From the IMG/VR virus record IMGVR_UViG_3300045988_055475, positions 1 through 61,216 of that record: a stretch of DNA of 61,216 bases; one strand, written 5' to 3'. The notes below the pieces were generated by a model that was not told the DNA's origin, made no database searches, and saw nothing but the letters and a program-made list of their open reading frames with translations. A program made the translations under genes and the position numbers. This stretch comes from a virus. How positions within the stretch are numbered: the stretch's first letter is position 1; every line of letters begins with the position of its first letter. Positions 29,624-38,153 of the stretch are shown piece by piece.

Positions 29624-30566
29624 GAGCAGCCTTCAGATAGATGCTAGGGTCTTGGAAACCATACATCGTAAAGCCTGCTGCATTCTTATGACCACGGATA
29701 CCAGCAACGGTAGTAAGGTCGTTATCACCTTCAGAGCGCATACTGAAGTGCCATTCCTTTCCGTCCCAGTAGTACCAGCCAAAGCCAAAGTAACTATCAT
29801 CAAGCTTCTGCATAGGGAAGTCATAGCTATCAGAAAGCTTTGAGTTCACCATAAGGAACTTCTTGCCTTCAATCACCATGTCGTGCACATTACGTTCTCG
29901 TTCCTCAGCAAGGCCAAGGCGATACATATGTGCAACATTACCCATGTTGATAAGCTGCAAGACTACATCCCACTTCATACGCTTAGCACGTTCTTCGTCA
30001 GGTGCATCTGCAGGAAGAGTGTCGATAGTTTCAAAGCACGCTTTCCAAAACTCATAACCATCTTCCGTAGCAGGGTCGGTGATGATGAGCTTCATACCAG
30101 TGATGAAAGGAACAATGCGTTCATCTGCCTTATGATCCCAGACATCATATCGACCAGTCATCCACACAGCCGGAGGCATCTTGGCTTCACCCATAAAGGT
30201 TCCCCAAGTAATCTCACAACCAGACTGGTAGATACTATGGTACACACGGATGTAAGGCTTAGTGTCCGTCCCTGTCGTATCGTAGTCCTTAGCCCACACA
30301 GAAGACTTGTGATGGTCAACAACTACGATAGGGAAACCCTTGTCGTGAAGAGCCTTGAGGTCTTCTTCCGTAGGACAGAAGTCAAGGAACACAAGCCGGG
30401 CACCAGCTTCGAGATCACCGAACATCTTGTCAGCGTCATAACCGTAGTTAATGGTGCGAAGGTCAAGCTCTTCGTTCTGGCCATTCTGTTCACAAGAATA
30501 CTTGAAGACAGCAGCAGCACAATGCCCGTCAGCATCTTCGTGGTAAAAAACATACGTACTAGGCAT
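29610..30566 (-). CDS. DHH/DHHA1-family phosphoesterase (NrnA / RecJ-core-like, 318 aa); start refined to the internal ATG
   Basis: Motifs 'HEDADG', 'VVDHH', and DHHA1 'GHKNAAGF'; strong RBS 'aggaga' 7 nt before ATG 30566; the 60-aa N-terminal extension in the listed ORF overlaps the upstream gene. Confidence 0.8.
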   Translation of the reverse strand: MPSTYVFYHEDADGHCAAAVFKYSCEQNGQNEELDLRTINYGYDADKMFGDLEAGARLVFLDFCPTEEDLKALHDKGFPIVVVDHHKSSVWAKDYDTTGTDTKPYIRVYHSIYQSGCEITWGTFMGEAKMPPAVWMTGRYDVWDHKADERIVPFITGMKLIITDPATEDGYEFWKACFETIDTLPADAPDEERAKRMKWDVVLQLINMGNVAHMYRLGLAEERERNVHDMVIEGKKFLMVNSKLSDSYDFPMQKLDDSYFGFGWYYWDGKEWHFSMRSEGDNDLTTVAGIRGHKNAAGFTMYGFQDPSIYLKAAHESN

Positions 30567-30927
30567 TGAGTCTTTCTCCTCTAGCAAAAGGTGCAACTTC
30601 TTCGTCAGCTTCAACAGCAAGGGCTTCCTGATTCTTGGTCTTAAAGAGTCTCTTAAGGTCAAGCCTCTTAAGTCCATCCTCATCACAGTACCAACGGGGG
30701 CATTCAAGCTCATCCGCAAGGACACGGTGACGTTCGCAATCAGGTTCAAAGGCAACGAAGACTACAGCGTCACCCTTTGCAATGACAGTGCCTTTCTCAC
30801 TGAAGTCTGCGCTGTCGGTCACATGCATGAACACAGTGTCATATCCGTCGAACTTGCCGGCTGCTGCATAGTTCTCAAGCAGGCTAAGCAGATACTTGTC
30901 TTGGTAGACGAAATATACCTTACCCAT
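30559..30927 (-). CDS. Hypothetical protein (122 aa)
   Basis: Clean ORF; stop 2 nt before the DHH start. Confidence 0.5.
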   Translation of the reverse strand: MGKVYFVYQDKYLLSLLENYAAAGKFDGYDTVFMHVTDSADFSEKGTVIAKGDAVVFVAFEPDCERHRVLADELECPRWYCDEDGLKRLDLKRLFKTKNQEALAVEADEEVAPFARGERLNA

Positions 30928-31360
30928 TCTGCACCTCTTCCTTAACTTCAGGCTGTGCTTCCTGTTCCTTCCTTACTTCCGCAAGAGCTTCTTCAAAGCC
31001 GAGACGCTTGCACCACACAAGAGAAGCATAGTGTGCAATCTTGAGCAGGTCACGCGTAGCTTCAAGCTCACCACGAGAATTAGAATCAATACGGTTCACG
31101 TACTTCTGAATCTGTTTGACACAGTCATCAGCAGACCAAGAAGCAACGTTGTCATCAGGGAAGTCACCGTACTGAGGAACAGTGTACTCTTCAACGTGCC
31201 TGCCTACTTCTTCAGAAAAGCAGTCCCAAAGAAGAAGACGATTAGAACGAGGAACGTATTCACCATCAGCTTCGTTCTCCTTAGCCATTTCCTTCACCCA
31301 AGCATCAACAGCCAACTGAGAGCGCACTTCTTCCAACACAGCTTCTTTATTAACCGACAT
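30920..31360 (-). CDS. Hypothetical acidic protein (146 aa; start refined)
   Basis: RBS 'aaggaag' 6 nt before ATG 31360; the N-terminal part of the listed 172-aa ORF overlaps the neighbouring gene. Confidence 0.5.
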   Translation of the reverse strand: MSVNKEAVLEEVRSQLAVDAWVKEMAKENEADGEYVPRSNRLLLWDCFSEEVGRHVEEYTVPQYGDFPDDNVASWSADDCVKQIQKYVNRIDSNSRGELEATRDLLKIAHYASLVWCKRLGFEEALAEVRKEQEAQPEVKEEVQNG

Positions 31361-31583
31361 ACATTTCTTCCTTTCTTTTCTTTTGTTCATGAGGTTCAAT
31401 CTTCCAACAGACAACATGTCCAACATCCTGCCCTTCACGCTCAGTCAAACGCTTGGTCACTTCAGAGATACGCTTGTCTGCTTCTTCCTTAGCTTCAACT
31501 TCGTTTGTTGCGTTGATGAACATCTGAGTCGTGACATATTTTCCGTTGGCTCCTCTACCACGATAACGAGCACGGAACTTCAT
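31350..31583 (-). CDS. Small basic protein (77 aa)
   Basis: Operon context. Confidence 0.4.
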   Translation of the reverse strand: MKFRARYRGRGANGKYVTTQMFINATNEVEAKEEADKRISEVTKRLTEREGQDVGHVVCWKIEPHEQKKRKEEMYVG

Positions 31584-31591
31584 ATCAACTC

Positions 31592-31951
31592 CTAATACAG
31601 CCAGATGGTTGGGCTCGGCTTCTTGGGATCGCTGTCCACATGGATGAAAGACTTAGCGACACCGATGCGAGTGAAGCCTGCTGTAATAAGAGCCTGAACA
31701 ATTTTGAACTTCTGTTCACCAGTAGTCGCACTGATATCAGCAGCGTACCCAGTTGTATGGGATGAGCCAGCTACACCACCAACAGCTTTGTTGTGTGCAG
31801 GACAACGGTATCCAGAAGTAATGACGAAAGGAATACCGGCGATTTCGCGAGCAAGGGTGAGCTTATCCACAAACTCTTGGTTCATCTCGTTTGTGTTACA
31901 CCCACACTTACACTGAAATTCTTTTGCCTTGAAGTATGTTGTGTCTTTCAT
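31592..31951 (-). CDS. Peptidase M15-family zinc D-Ala-D-Ala carboxypeptidase-like protein; candidate endolysin (119 aa)
   Basis: 'SGYRCPAHNKAVGGVAGSSHTTGYAADI...FIHVD' matches the M15 signature; ATGA overlap with upstream gene. Confidence 0.78.
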   Translation of the reverse strand: MKDTTYFKAKEFQCKCGCNTNEMNQEFVDKLTLAREIAGIPFVITSGYRCPAHNKAVGGVAGSSHTTGYAADISATTGEQKFKIVQALITAGFTRIGVAKSFIHVDSDPKKPSPTIWLY

Positions 31952-32220
31952 TTTTTCTTTACCTTAAAGTTGAGAGGGTCTGCAACACGCTTGCACATTG
32001 TCGATGCAATGTAACACGCTTTCTCGAACACCTTGCAGAACTGACAAGGCTTGATGCCTGTTTTCTTCAAGGATGAAGGAGGTGTTGATTCCTCTCTGTT
32101 TGTGCACATACGACACATCCTAGGCAATGTCCCCCAATAGTGCTCGTCCTTCCTGCGAGGAGGAATTGGAATCTCATCGGAGTGTTTAATTGCCTTGTCA
32201 ATCATATCGAAGAAGCTCAT
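31948..32220 (-). CDS. Small Cys-rich, zinc-finger-like protein (90 aa)
   Basis: 'CRMC...CQFC' pairs. Confidence 0.45.
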   Translation of the reverse strand: MSFFDMIDKAIKHSDEIPIPPRRKDEHYWGTLPRMCRMCTNREESTPPSSLKKTGIKPCQFCKVFEKACYIASTMCKRVADPLNFKVKKK

Positions 32221-33347
32221 TCATAATCCCTTATAGCCGTGACTACGGGGTTGCCAATGGGGGTACCATCCTTAGAGAAGTCAGAGCAACGTACTGTTGC
32301 TTTCTTACCTATCCAAGTGCTGAAGTCTAAACAACCCTTCCTATATGCTTCTTGTCGTTGTGCTTTTGTCCAGCAAGGAACAGAAGAGAAAGGTTTACCT
32401 TTGTTAAAGAACTCAAAGATAATACATTTATCTACGTCTGCTGAGAACCCTGTTACTTTGTACTCAGTGTCTCTAAAGTTCTTATACTTCAGAAGATCAT
32501 AAGACCTAACACCTTGCCGATACTTAGCACTGTACTTGCGTAGCATCAGTCCTTCGTATCCTTCAGCAAGATAGTCTTCTTGTTTCTTCTTTATATTAAC
32601 TATTCCTTTGACATAGTCAATAGGACAAGCAATAACTTTTTTCAAGTTCTTGTCTGCCAGCAGCGCACGATACCTAACGATGCGTTCAAACTGAAGCTCA
32701 TCACTTATAGTATCATACACCCAGTACTGCAACTTATTTGTAGTAGGACTATAAGCTTTAACAGCAGACACTATGTCTTGCAGAGGCATACCATGACAGT
32801 AGATCTCACCGTCCCATGCGCATCCATCTGGCATTACATCAAACAACTCTTCACAAAGTTTGTTATGATGGTGCAGGACATCATATGCTTTGCCTGTCCG
32901 TGACATAAAGGTCAACTTGTTACCATGTCTCTGGACTGTACAACGGACACCGTTGAGCTTAGGTTGGCAGATATAGATCGTGTCGTCATTGACTTTGTTT
33001 TGATGATCTATATAAGACTGAGCTAGCATAGGACGAATAGGGAGAGCAGACAGCTCAGCCTTGCTCTCCCTGTATCCCTTATCAAGCTGCTTCTTGAACC
33101 TAGACTTAGTTTCATTTACAGCTTGTTGTAGCGCAGTCGTAGCATTCTTCTTGCCAGCATTCTTACCACAATCATAGGAACGAGTAGTCTCCTTAAGAGT
33201 ACCACCTTCGTAACCAGACTGAATAAGTATACTGGCTGTACCGTCTTCGTTTTCATATGCATGAGCTTGCCACGTCATAGTCTTGCCGTTAGCAGTCAGT
33301 GCATAGAGAAGAGCGGTACTGTATGCTATTACGCTGCTGTCTTGCAT
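32217..33347 (-). CDS. ATP-dependent DNA ligase (376 aa)
   Basis: Motif I 'KLNGVR', motif III 'DGEI', motif IV 'EGLMLR', motif V 'LLKYK'; RBS 'aaaggaag'. Confidence 0.85.
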   Translation of the reverse strand: MQDSSVIAYSTALLYALTANGKTMTWQAHAYENEDGTASILIQSGYEGGTLKETTRSYDCGKNAGKKNATTALQQAVNETKSRFKKQLDKGYRESKAELSALPIRPMLAQSYIDHQNKVNDDTIYICQPKLNGVRCTVQRHGNKLTFMSRTGKAYDVLHHHNKLCEELFDVMPDGCAWDGEIYCHGMPLQDIVSAVKAYSPTTNKLQYWVYDTISDELQFERIVRYRALLADKNLKKVIACPIDYVKGIVNIKKKQEDYLAEGYEGLMLRKYSAKYRQGVRSYDLLKYKNFRDTEYKVTGFSADVDKCIIFEFFNKGKPFSSVPCWTKAQRQEAYRKGCLDFSTWIGKKATVRCSDFSKDGTPIGNPVVTAIRDYE

Positions 33348-33619
33348 TCGTCTTCCTTTGTGTTGGTAAGAGTAATACTTTTAGGAAGAGTAGTTTCTTC
33401 CTTCACATATCTATCATTAACCACTCCTGTGGAATTGTCAACGATATCTTCTGCAATTTTCTTACTCAACTTACCAAACACTCGGACAGACTTCTTTGTC
33501 TTGCCACAACGAGAGCACTTGAACTGTTCGACTTCAATGCGGATGATGTCATACGCAGTGCCAGTCCACATCTCAGTGCGTTCCCAGTTGTGGTCTTTGA
33601 GCCAACACATGACTCCCAT
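33329..33619 (-). CDS. Small Zn-ribbon protein (96 aa)
   Basis: 'CSRCGKTKK' motif; overlaps ligase start by 19 nt. Confidence 0.4.
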   Translation of the reverse strand: MGVMCWLKDHNWERTEMWTGTAYDIIRIEVEQFKCSRCGKTKKSVRVFGKLSKKIAEDIVDNSTGVVNDRYVKEETTLPKSITLTNTKEDECKTAA

Positions 33620-33632
33620 AGCTTACCTCAGC

Positions 33633-33941
33633 TTATGCTGCGTGACGGTAATGTTCGTTCTCCTTATACCCTTCCATCTTACGGACTTTCATGTCAGCAA
33701 TCAGACGGATAGCAGAAGCAGCAACCTGACAGGCTTCTTCACAAATCGCAACAGTGTCACGCCATCTCTCCGGTTTGTAAAGCTCATGTTTCAGCTCGGC
33801 CATCTCTTCTTTGAGAATCCAAGCAGAATGCTCGATAGACGGATGCGTCTCAGGGTGGCGTTTATGCGCGTCCTTGATGGCTTCCTTTACTTCTTCGAGT
33901 GCTTCCATGTTTGCCTGTTCTACAAGTCTTTCGTTCGACAT
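33633..33941 (-). CDS. MazG-like nucleotide pyrophosphohydrolase candidate (102 aa)
   Basis: All-helical; 'ILKEEMAELKHEL' resembles MazG/HisE EExxE metal-binding helix. Confidence 0.45.
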   Translation of the reverse strand: MSNERLVEQANMEALEEVKEAIKDAHKRHPETHPSIEHSAWILKEEMAELKHELYKPERWRDTVAICEEACQVAASAIRLIADMKVRKMEGYKENEHYRHAA

Positions 33942-34344
33942 TAGTACTAGTACTCTCAGCTAAGGTATCGGGCTTCCAACACGGATACCCGTGTTTCTTA
34001 GCCCACGTTTTGTACGTGGTGGGGTTCTTTGTAGACCGAGAGATAACTTTATCTTCAAGCATGAAGACGAAGCGTATATCTAAGTCTGGATGTTGCTCAC
34101 GAATCTGAGCCATCTTACTTCGCATAGAGGGATCAAAGTATCCCTTTGCTTCGACAAAGAACTCCTCACCGTCTGGAAGTGTAACCTTAAAGTCAGGTTT
34201 ATAATATCGTACAGCGGGCTGCCAAGGAATACGACAAGGTTCATACTCCCACTTGATACCAAGCTCGTCGAACTTTTTAGCAAGTTCTGCTTCAAACTTA
34301 GAAGCAAACCTTGTCTTGTTATAGGTTGATTTTATCGATCTCAC
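33862..34344 (-). CDS. T7 endonuclease I-like Holliday-junction resolvase (160 aa)
   Basis: 'FE..L...WEYEP', 'YKPDFKV', 'FVEAKG' match PD-(D/E)XK pattern of phage endonuclease I. Confidence 0.62.
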   Translation of the reverse strand: MRSIKSTYNKTRFASKFEAELAKKFDELGIKWEYEPCRIPWQPAVRYYKPDFKVTLPDGEEFFVEAKGYFDPSMRSKMAQIREQHPDLDIRFVFMLEDKVISRSTKNPTTYKTWAKKHGYPCWKPDTLAESTSTNVERKTCRTGKHGSTRRSKGSHQGRA

Positions 34345-34362
34345 ATATGCACACTACCTCTG

Positions 34363-34548
34363 TTAAGACAACCAGACAAGCCTAGCCAGCCTTGGAGTGC
34401 TTACATAAGAAGATTCGTTGCCACAGTCAGAACATTTAACAAAGAGCAGTCCGTTCGGTGCTTTGTATACGTCAACATGTTTACTGGAACATATTGGACA
34501 CATACTCCCGTTTACCAGCGGGAACAGTTTCATAACAGGCTCGTCCAA
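34363..34548 (-). CDS. Small Zn-ribbon protein (61 aa)
   Basis: 'CPICS...CSDCGN'. Confidence 0.4.
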   Translation of the reverse strand: MDEPVMKLFPLVNGSMCPICSSKHVDVYKAPNGLLFVKCSDCGNESSYVSTPRLARLVWLS

Positions 34549-34891
34549 AGTTTACCTCCCCAGACACAAACGCCTGATACAAACCAGACGCCAGTGTGGA
34601 AATTTGTGTATGGTTCAACTTCAAGTCTCCGTGCACATCAATGGCTTCGATAACTTCATGAACGAAGTTACTGCCACCGATGCCCGGCTTGTCCGGGACA
34701 TGCATCAGAGAAATGGTAGTCGTCTGAGGATCATATTGTGCAAGCACAACATCAGTCTGCTGACCGCCCTCCACTACCTCGATAGGGTCACTGAAAACTT
34801 TTACGCTTACGTCATGACCGAACACGCTGAGCGAGCTAGGATACTCCATATTAGATACCTGCCTTTGCAATGTCTTGAATGTTTTGTTCAA
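34481..34891 (-). CDS. Hypothetical protein (136 aa)
   Basis: Operon context. Confidence 0.4.
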   Translation of the reverse strand: MNKTFKTLQRQVSNMEYPSSLSVFGHDVSVKVFSDPIEVVEGGQQTDVVLAQYDPQTTTISLMHVPDKPGIGGSNFVHEVIEAIDVHGDLKLNHTQISTLASGLYQAFVSGEVNFGRACYETVPAGKREYVSNMFQ

Positions 34892-35045
34892 GCATCTGGA
34901 TGGTACGCTGTATGTCTTCCATCGTGCTAGTCTTTACGCGGATAGCAATGTCCACGAGAAAGAGAGGAAGGTTAAACACAACCATCATACCCCAGTACAC
35001 ATTAGCCATACACCGCCAGATAGTCCCAAAGAATTTCTTAATCAT
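34851..35045 (-). CDS. Small membrane protein (64 aa)
   Basis: TM 'VYWGMMVVFNLPLFLVDIAI'. Confidence 0.45.
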   Translation of the reverse strand: MIKKFFGTIWRCMANVYWGMMVVFNLPLFLVDIAIRVKTSTMEDIQRTIQMLEQNIQDIAKAGI

Positions 35046-35212
35046 TCTTGTACCTCCACAGTTTGAATAGTATATCGCACCCAGTCTGTCTGTTCGAGTT
35101 TATTAAACTCTTCAAGGCCAGAGCGACCTAAGATAACAGCATGGACATAGGCTATTTCTTCTACGACAGGCTCGCTTCTTGTTTCCAGCCTAAGAATTAC
35201 ATCTGCTTTCAT
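35042..35212 (-). CDS. Small protein (56 aa), unlisted
   Basis: RBS 'ggagcagtt' before ATG 35212; ATGA overlap with downstream gene start 35045. Confidence 0.4.
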   Translation of the reverse strand: MKADVILRLETRSEPVVEEIAYVHAVILGRSGLEEFNKLEQTDWVRYTIQTVEVQE

Positions 35213-35268
35213 AACTGCTCCTTAATAGGTGAGGTAACCTTAGCTACCCCACCTGTAAAAGTTAAGCA

Positions 35269-35532
35269 CTATGCATTTGCCTTCGCTGCTAGGATATCTT
35301 TGAGAGGAGCTACGTATTCAAATCGTTCCTTCTGCTGCACATCAGGATACTTCTCCTTATCCACATTAGACAGGAACATATCAATAGGTCTAACGAACAA
35401 CCTGCGATCTCCATCAAGCGGACGATAAACAACAAACTCATCATCGAGTTCAGTGTGCTTAGCAGTCCCAAGTACGAGATACTGGTTACCTTTGAAATGC
35501 TTGACAACAGTCATCGGTTCAAGCTTGTTCAT
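35269..35532 (-). CDS. DUF1653-like protein (87 aa from refined start)
   Basis: 'VKHFKGNQYLVLGTAKHTELDDEFVVYRPL' matches the DUF1653 core; RBS 'agagga' before ATG 35532. Confidence 0.55.
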   Translation of the reverse strand: MNKLEPMTVVKHFKGNQYLVLGTAKHTELDDEFVVYRPLDGDRRLFVRPIDMFLSNVDKEKYPDVQQKERFEYVAPLKDILAAKANA

Positions 35533-35717
35533 CGCTAGTCCTCTATGGTTGAGATATCCTTCATAACCTTGAAGCAACGAACGAAGTCGTCTTCCTTCAA
35601 AGTAACCTTGATACCAGACCGAAGTTGCACATCGACAATACCCTTGTCTCTATATGTAACAATGGCAGGTATCCTCAACTCATATCTAATCACTACACAA
35701 TCACCTCCTTCGTTGAC

Positions 35718-36044
35718 TTAAGCTTGTACATGAGGTGCCTCCCCTTCAATGACAATGTATCTTTCTGTGAGCTCCTTATTAGGAACAACGTACCATTCGT
35801 TGTCCGCAGGATCGACCTTGAACCAATCGCCGACGCGGATAGTCATAGCGTACACGATAAGGCCGTCCTCGTCCCTTTCTATGATATCAGTCAGAGGACC
35901 GCCTTCTCGTTTGTGCAGGAAAGTTTCAAGTCCTAGCTCAGCCCATAACTTGTACAGCTCAGCAAAGTTGTCGCTGGTGTATCGTATGGCGTGCTCGACG
36001 GTCGCGTCTTCACACCACTTAGGATTGTACATTATCTTGATCAT
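35718..36044 (-). CDS. Hypothetical protein, tandem paralogue 1 (108 aa)
   Basis: Clearly similar to the adjacent gene (YNP.W.DD...Y.....F.EL.K.WAE.G.E...HK......L.DII.R.ED..IV.AMTI.VG.WF); RBS 'gaggag'. Confidence 0.55.
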   Translation of the reverse strand: MIKIMYNPKWCEDATVEHAIRYTSDNFAELYKLWAELGLETFLHKREGGPLTDIIERDEDGLIVYAMTIRVGDWFKVDPADNEWYVVPNKELTERYIVIEGEAPHVQA

Positions 36045-36357
36045 CTTTAGGCTCCTCTACAGCAACAAAGGCTGCTGCAAATTCCAAGTCTGTAGCAATG
36101 AACCATTCGTCCTTGAGCATAGGGTCGAACAGGAACCACTCGCCAACGCCAATTGTCATGGCGTCTACGATGCGGTTGTCTTCGCCTCTCTGAATGATAT
36201 CAATCAGCGGGTCAACGTCTTGCTTATGAACAAGAAGTTCGAAGCCACGTTCAGCCCAGACTTTAGACAGTTCGGAGAACTGCTCATCCTTGTACTGTAT
36301 GGCATATCTGATCTTTGGGTCATCATGCCAGTTAGGGTTATATCTTACCTTGAGCAT
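36019..36357 (-). CDS. Hypothetical protein, tandem paralogue 2 (112 aa from refined ATG)
   Basis: Paralogue of the 35718 gene; RBS 'taaggag' 7 nt before ATG 36357. Confidence 0.55.
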   Translation of the reverse strand: MLKVRYNPNWHDDPKIRYAIQYKDEQFSELSKVWAERGFELLVHKQDVDPLIDIIQRGEDNRIVDAMTIGVGEWFLFDPMLKDEWFIATDLEFAAAFVAVEEPKDDQDNVQS

Positions 36358-36661
36358 CTTTCCACTCCTTATTGACACAGCATTGTTGAAACTGTTTAGG
36401 AGTCAGTATGTCCAGCCTTGACAAGTTTTTGTTATAAACAAGATATTCATCTACGTCTGCTACTGAACAGCCTCCATCACCAGTAAATTCAACACAGTAC
36501 TTTTCATTATGAAAGTCATCAAGAAGATTTACATGAGATACACCAAAGGCTCTCCATGCAAAGCGACGTACTTTGTCGAACTCCTCGTCGGTTAAGGTCT
36601 GTACATTAGGAAGCTGTATGAATTCACATTCATATGTGCATGTGCAAGGAACTACATCCAT
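36338..36661 (-). CDS. Hypothetical Cys-containing protein (107 aa)
   Basis: RBS 'aaggaag'; TGATG overlap with upstream nuclease gene. Confidence 0.45.
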   Translation of the reverse strand: MDVVPCTCTYECEFIQLPNVQTLTDEEFDKVRRFAWRAFGVSHVNLLDDFHNEKYCVEFTGDGGCSVADVDEYLVYNKNLSRLDILTPKQFQQCCVNKEWKDAQGKI

Positions 36662-37575
36662 CACTCACTTCCTTTGTTTTGTGATTCTCTCCAGCTTTTA
36701 TACTGGTTGCACCACTGTTTCACAGGACAGTACTTCTCGCAGCGAGTACGTTCGCCCGGACGAAACTCAATCTTGTAGTCAGGACCAAGTCTCTTGTGTC
36801 GGATGTACTCGTCTGCTTCTTCACGAGTGTCACAAAGTTTTGTGGCCTTGGCTGCACCCATCTTGTAGATGGCATACTTAGCAGGCTTCTCCCAACATTC
36901 TTCCGGAGTACATGTAGGCAGCATGTCATCGTTCAATGATTCAGCTTCCACATGCATACGAAGGCGTTCCTTGTAGAAAGCCTCACGCTCAGCAAGAGGA
37001 AGCACTTGGAACTTGAACTCATTGAAAGGAAGTTCGGGATACTTGTCGTCTTTGTACCGTCCAGACTGAGGTCGCCAGTCCATGTAGATGGCATTGATGG
37101 CGACATTCTTTACAGGATACCCTTCTTTCTCAAGGAAGTACGCATTGATGTTGAGCTGGTCAATCCATTCTTTCTTACCTGTGCTTCCGTGCATGTATGA
37201 GGAGCAAGTCTTCCAGTCAGAAAGAGTTTGTGTCTCTTTATCATACAGGTCAAACTTTGCGACGACCCGTCTGTATGCTGACTCATCGCTTCCATCAGGC
37301 TTGTCAAAGCGTGTGACTTTACGTTCGACCAGATACCTTGGATTGTTTGAAAGAGCTGATTCCATCTCATGATGTACTGCGTTACCTCTCCAGACATACC
37401 ACTGGTCCATCAGGTCTTCAACGATCTCATGCTTGTGTCTCTTATAGAGCTGCACATAACGCGGACTGTCAATCAGTGATGTAGCACTGTAGTCTGATGC
37501 ACCAACAGGGTCATAGGGTTGAGGTTGAAGAGCGTCTTCAAATGCTTTGGGTAGACGATACTTGTTCGTGTACAT
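36661..37575 (-). CDS. Cas4/RecB-like PD-(D/E)XK exonuclease with C-terminal Fe-S cysteine cluster (304 aa)
   Basis: N-terminal nuclease-like core and C-terminal 'CTPEEC...C...CEKYC...WC'; RBS 'aggag'. Confidence 0.65.
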   Translation of the reverse strand: MYTNKYRLPKAFEDALQPQPYDPVGASDYSATSLIDSPRYVQLYKRHKHEIVEDLMDQWYVWRGNAVHHEMESALSNNPRYLVERKVTRFDKPDGSDESAYRRVVAKFDLYDKETQTLSDWKTCSSYMHGSTGKKEWIDQLNINAYFLEKEGYPVKNVAINAIYMDWRPQSGRYKDDKYPELPFNEFKFQVLPLAEREAFYKERLRMHVEAESLNDDMLPTCTPEECWEKPAKYAIYKMGAAKATKLCDTREEADEYIRHKRLGPDYKIEFRPGERTRCEKYCPVKQWCNQYKSWRESQNKGSE

Positions 37576-37584
37576 AACACTCCT

Positions 37585-37658
37585 AAAAAGAAAAGGCCAG
37601 TATACGATGCATATGCTGTCAAGTTACATATTCACATCAGTAGACTGGCCTCTTTTTG
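37585..37658. terminator. Long-loop hairpin with flanking A- and T-runs between two minus-strand genes (terminator or processing site)
   Basis: 8-bp stem 'aggccagt'/'actggcct', A10 upstream, T5 downstream. Confidence 0.35.
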
Positions 37659-37669
37659 AGTTAAGCTAA

Positions 37670-38101
37670 TTATCTTACCCAAGCAGGAACTTTGCTGGTA
37701 GCAGCCATAGCGGCCTCACTACCTGCAACACCTTGTGACTTGAGAGCTTTCTCTTGCTCTTCTGTCAACGGTTCATATGTGGGAAGGTCTTGGCGCTCAC
37801 CGAGCTTTTCAACGGAAGCAATATCCCACATATTACCACCTCGTCGAACGAACTTTATGATGACAATGTCACCCGGAGAACATGCCTTCTGGAAGAACTG
37901 TACAATAGAACAGTTAGGGCGTTCGATACCCTTCTCAATTACTGTGGTAGCAGTATTGTCAAAGAGAATCTTTTCATAAGGAGTGTTAGGTTCTTTGTTA
38001 AAACCTTTGCGTTCTCCTTTGAGGACGTAACCAGTAAAGGGACGGCCAGCCCTAGACACCAGATCGTTCTTCAGTTCGATACTATCAAAAATAAACCACA
38101 T
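37670..38101 (-). CDS. Hypothetical protein (143 aa); possible ssDNA-binding protein by position only
   Basis: Sits between polymerase and nuclease genes; no motif recognised. Confidence 0.45.
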   Translation of the reverse strand: MWFIFDSIELKNDLVSRAGRPFTGYVLKGERKGFNKEPNTPYEKILFDNTATTVIEKGIERPNCSIVQFFQKACSPGDIVIIKFVRRGGNMWDIASVEKLGERQDLPTYEPLTEEQEKALKSQGVAGSEAAMAATSKVPAWVR

Positions 38102-38153
38102 GGTCTTTTCCTATATTTTCGCACGCGTACAAAAGAAAGATAAACATGAAAGA

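Noticed and set aside
35577-35717. Possible GTG-initiated 53-aa ORF after a strong AAGGAGG at about 35704
   Set aside because: The start codon is ambiguous (immediate in-frame TAG after the nearest GTG) and it overlaps the next gene, so it was left uncalled.
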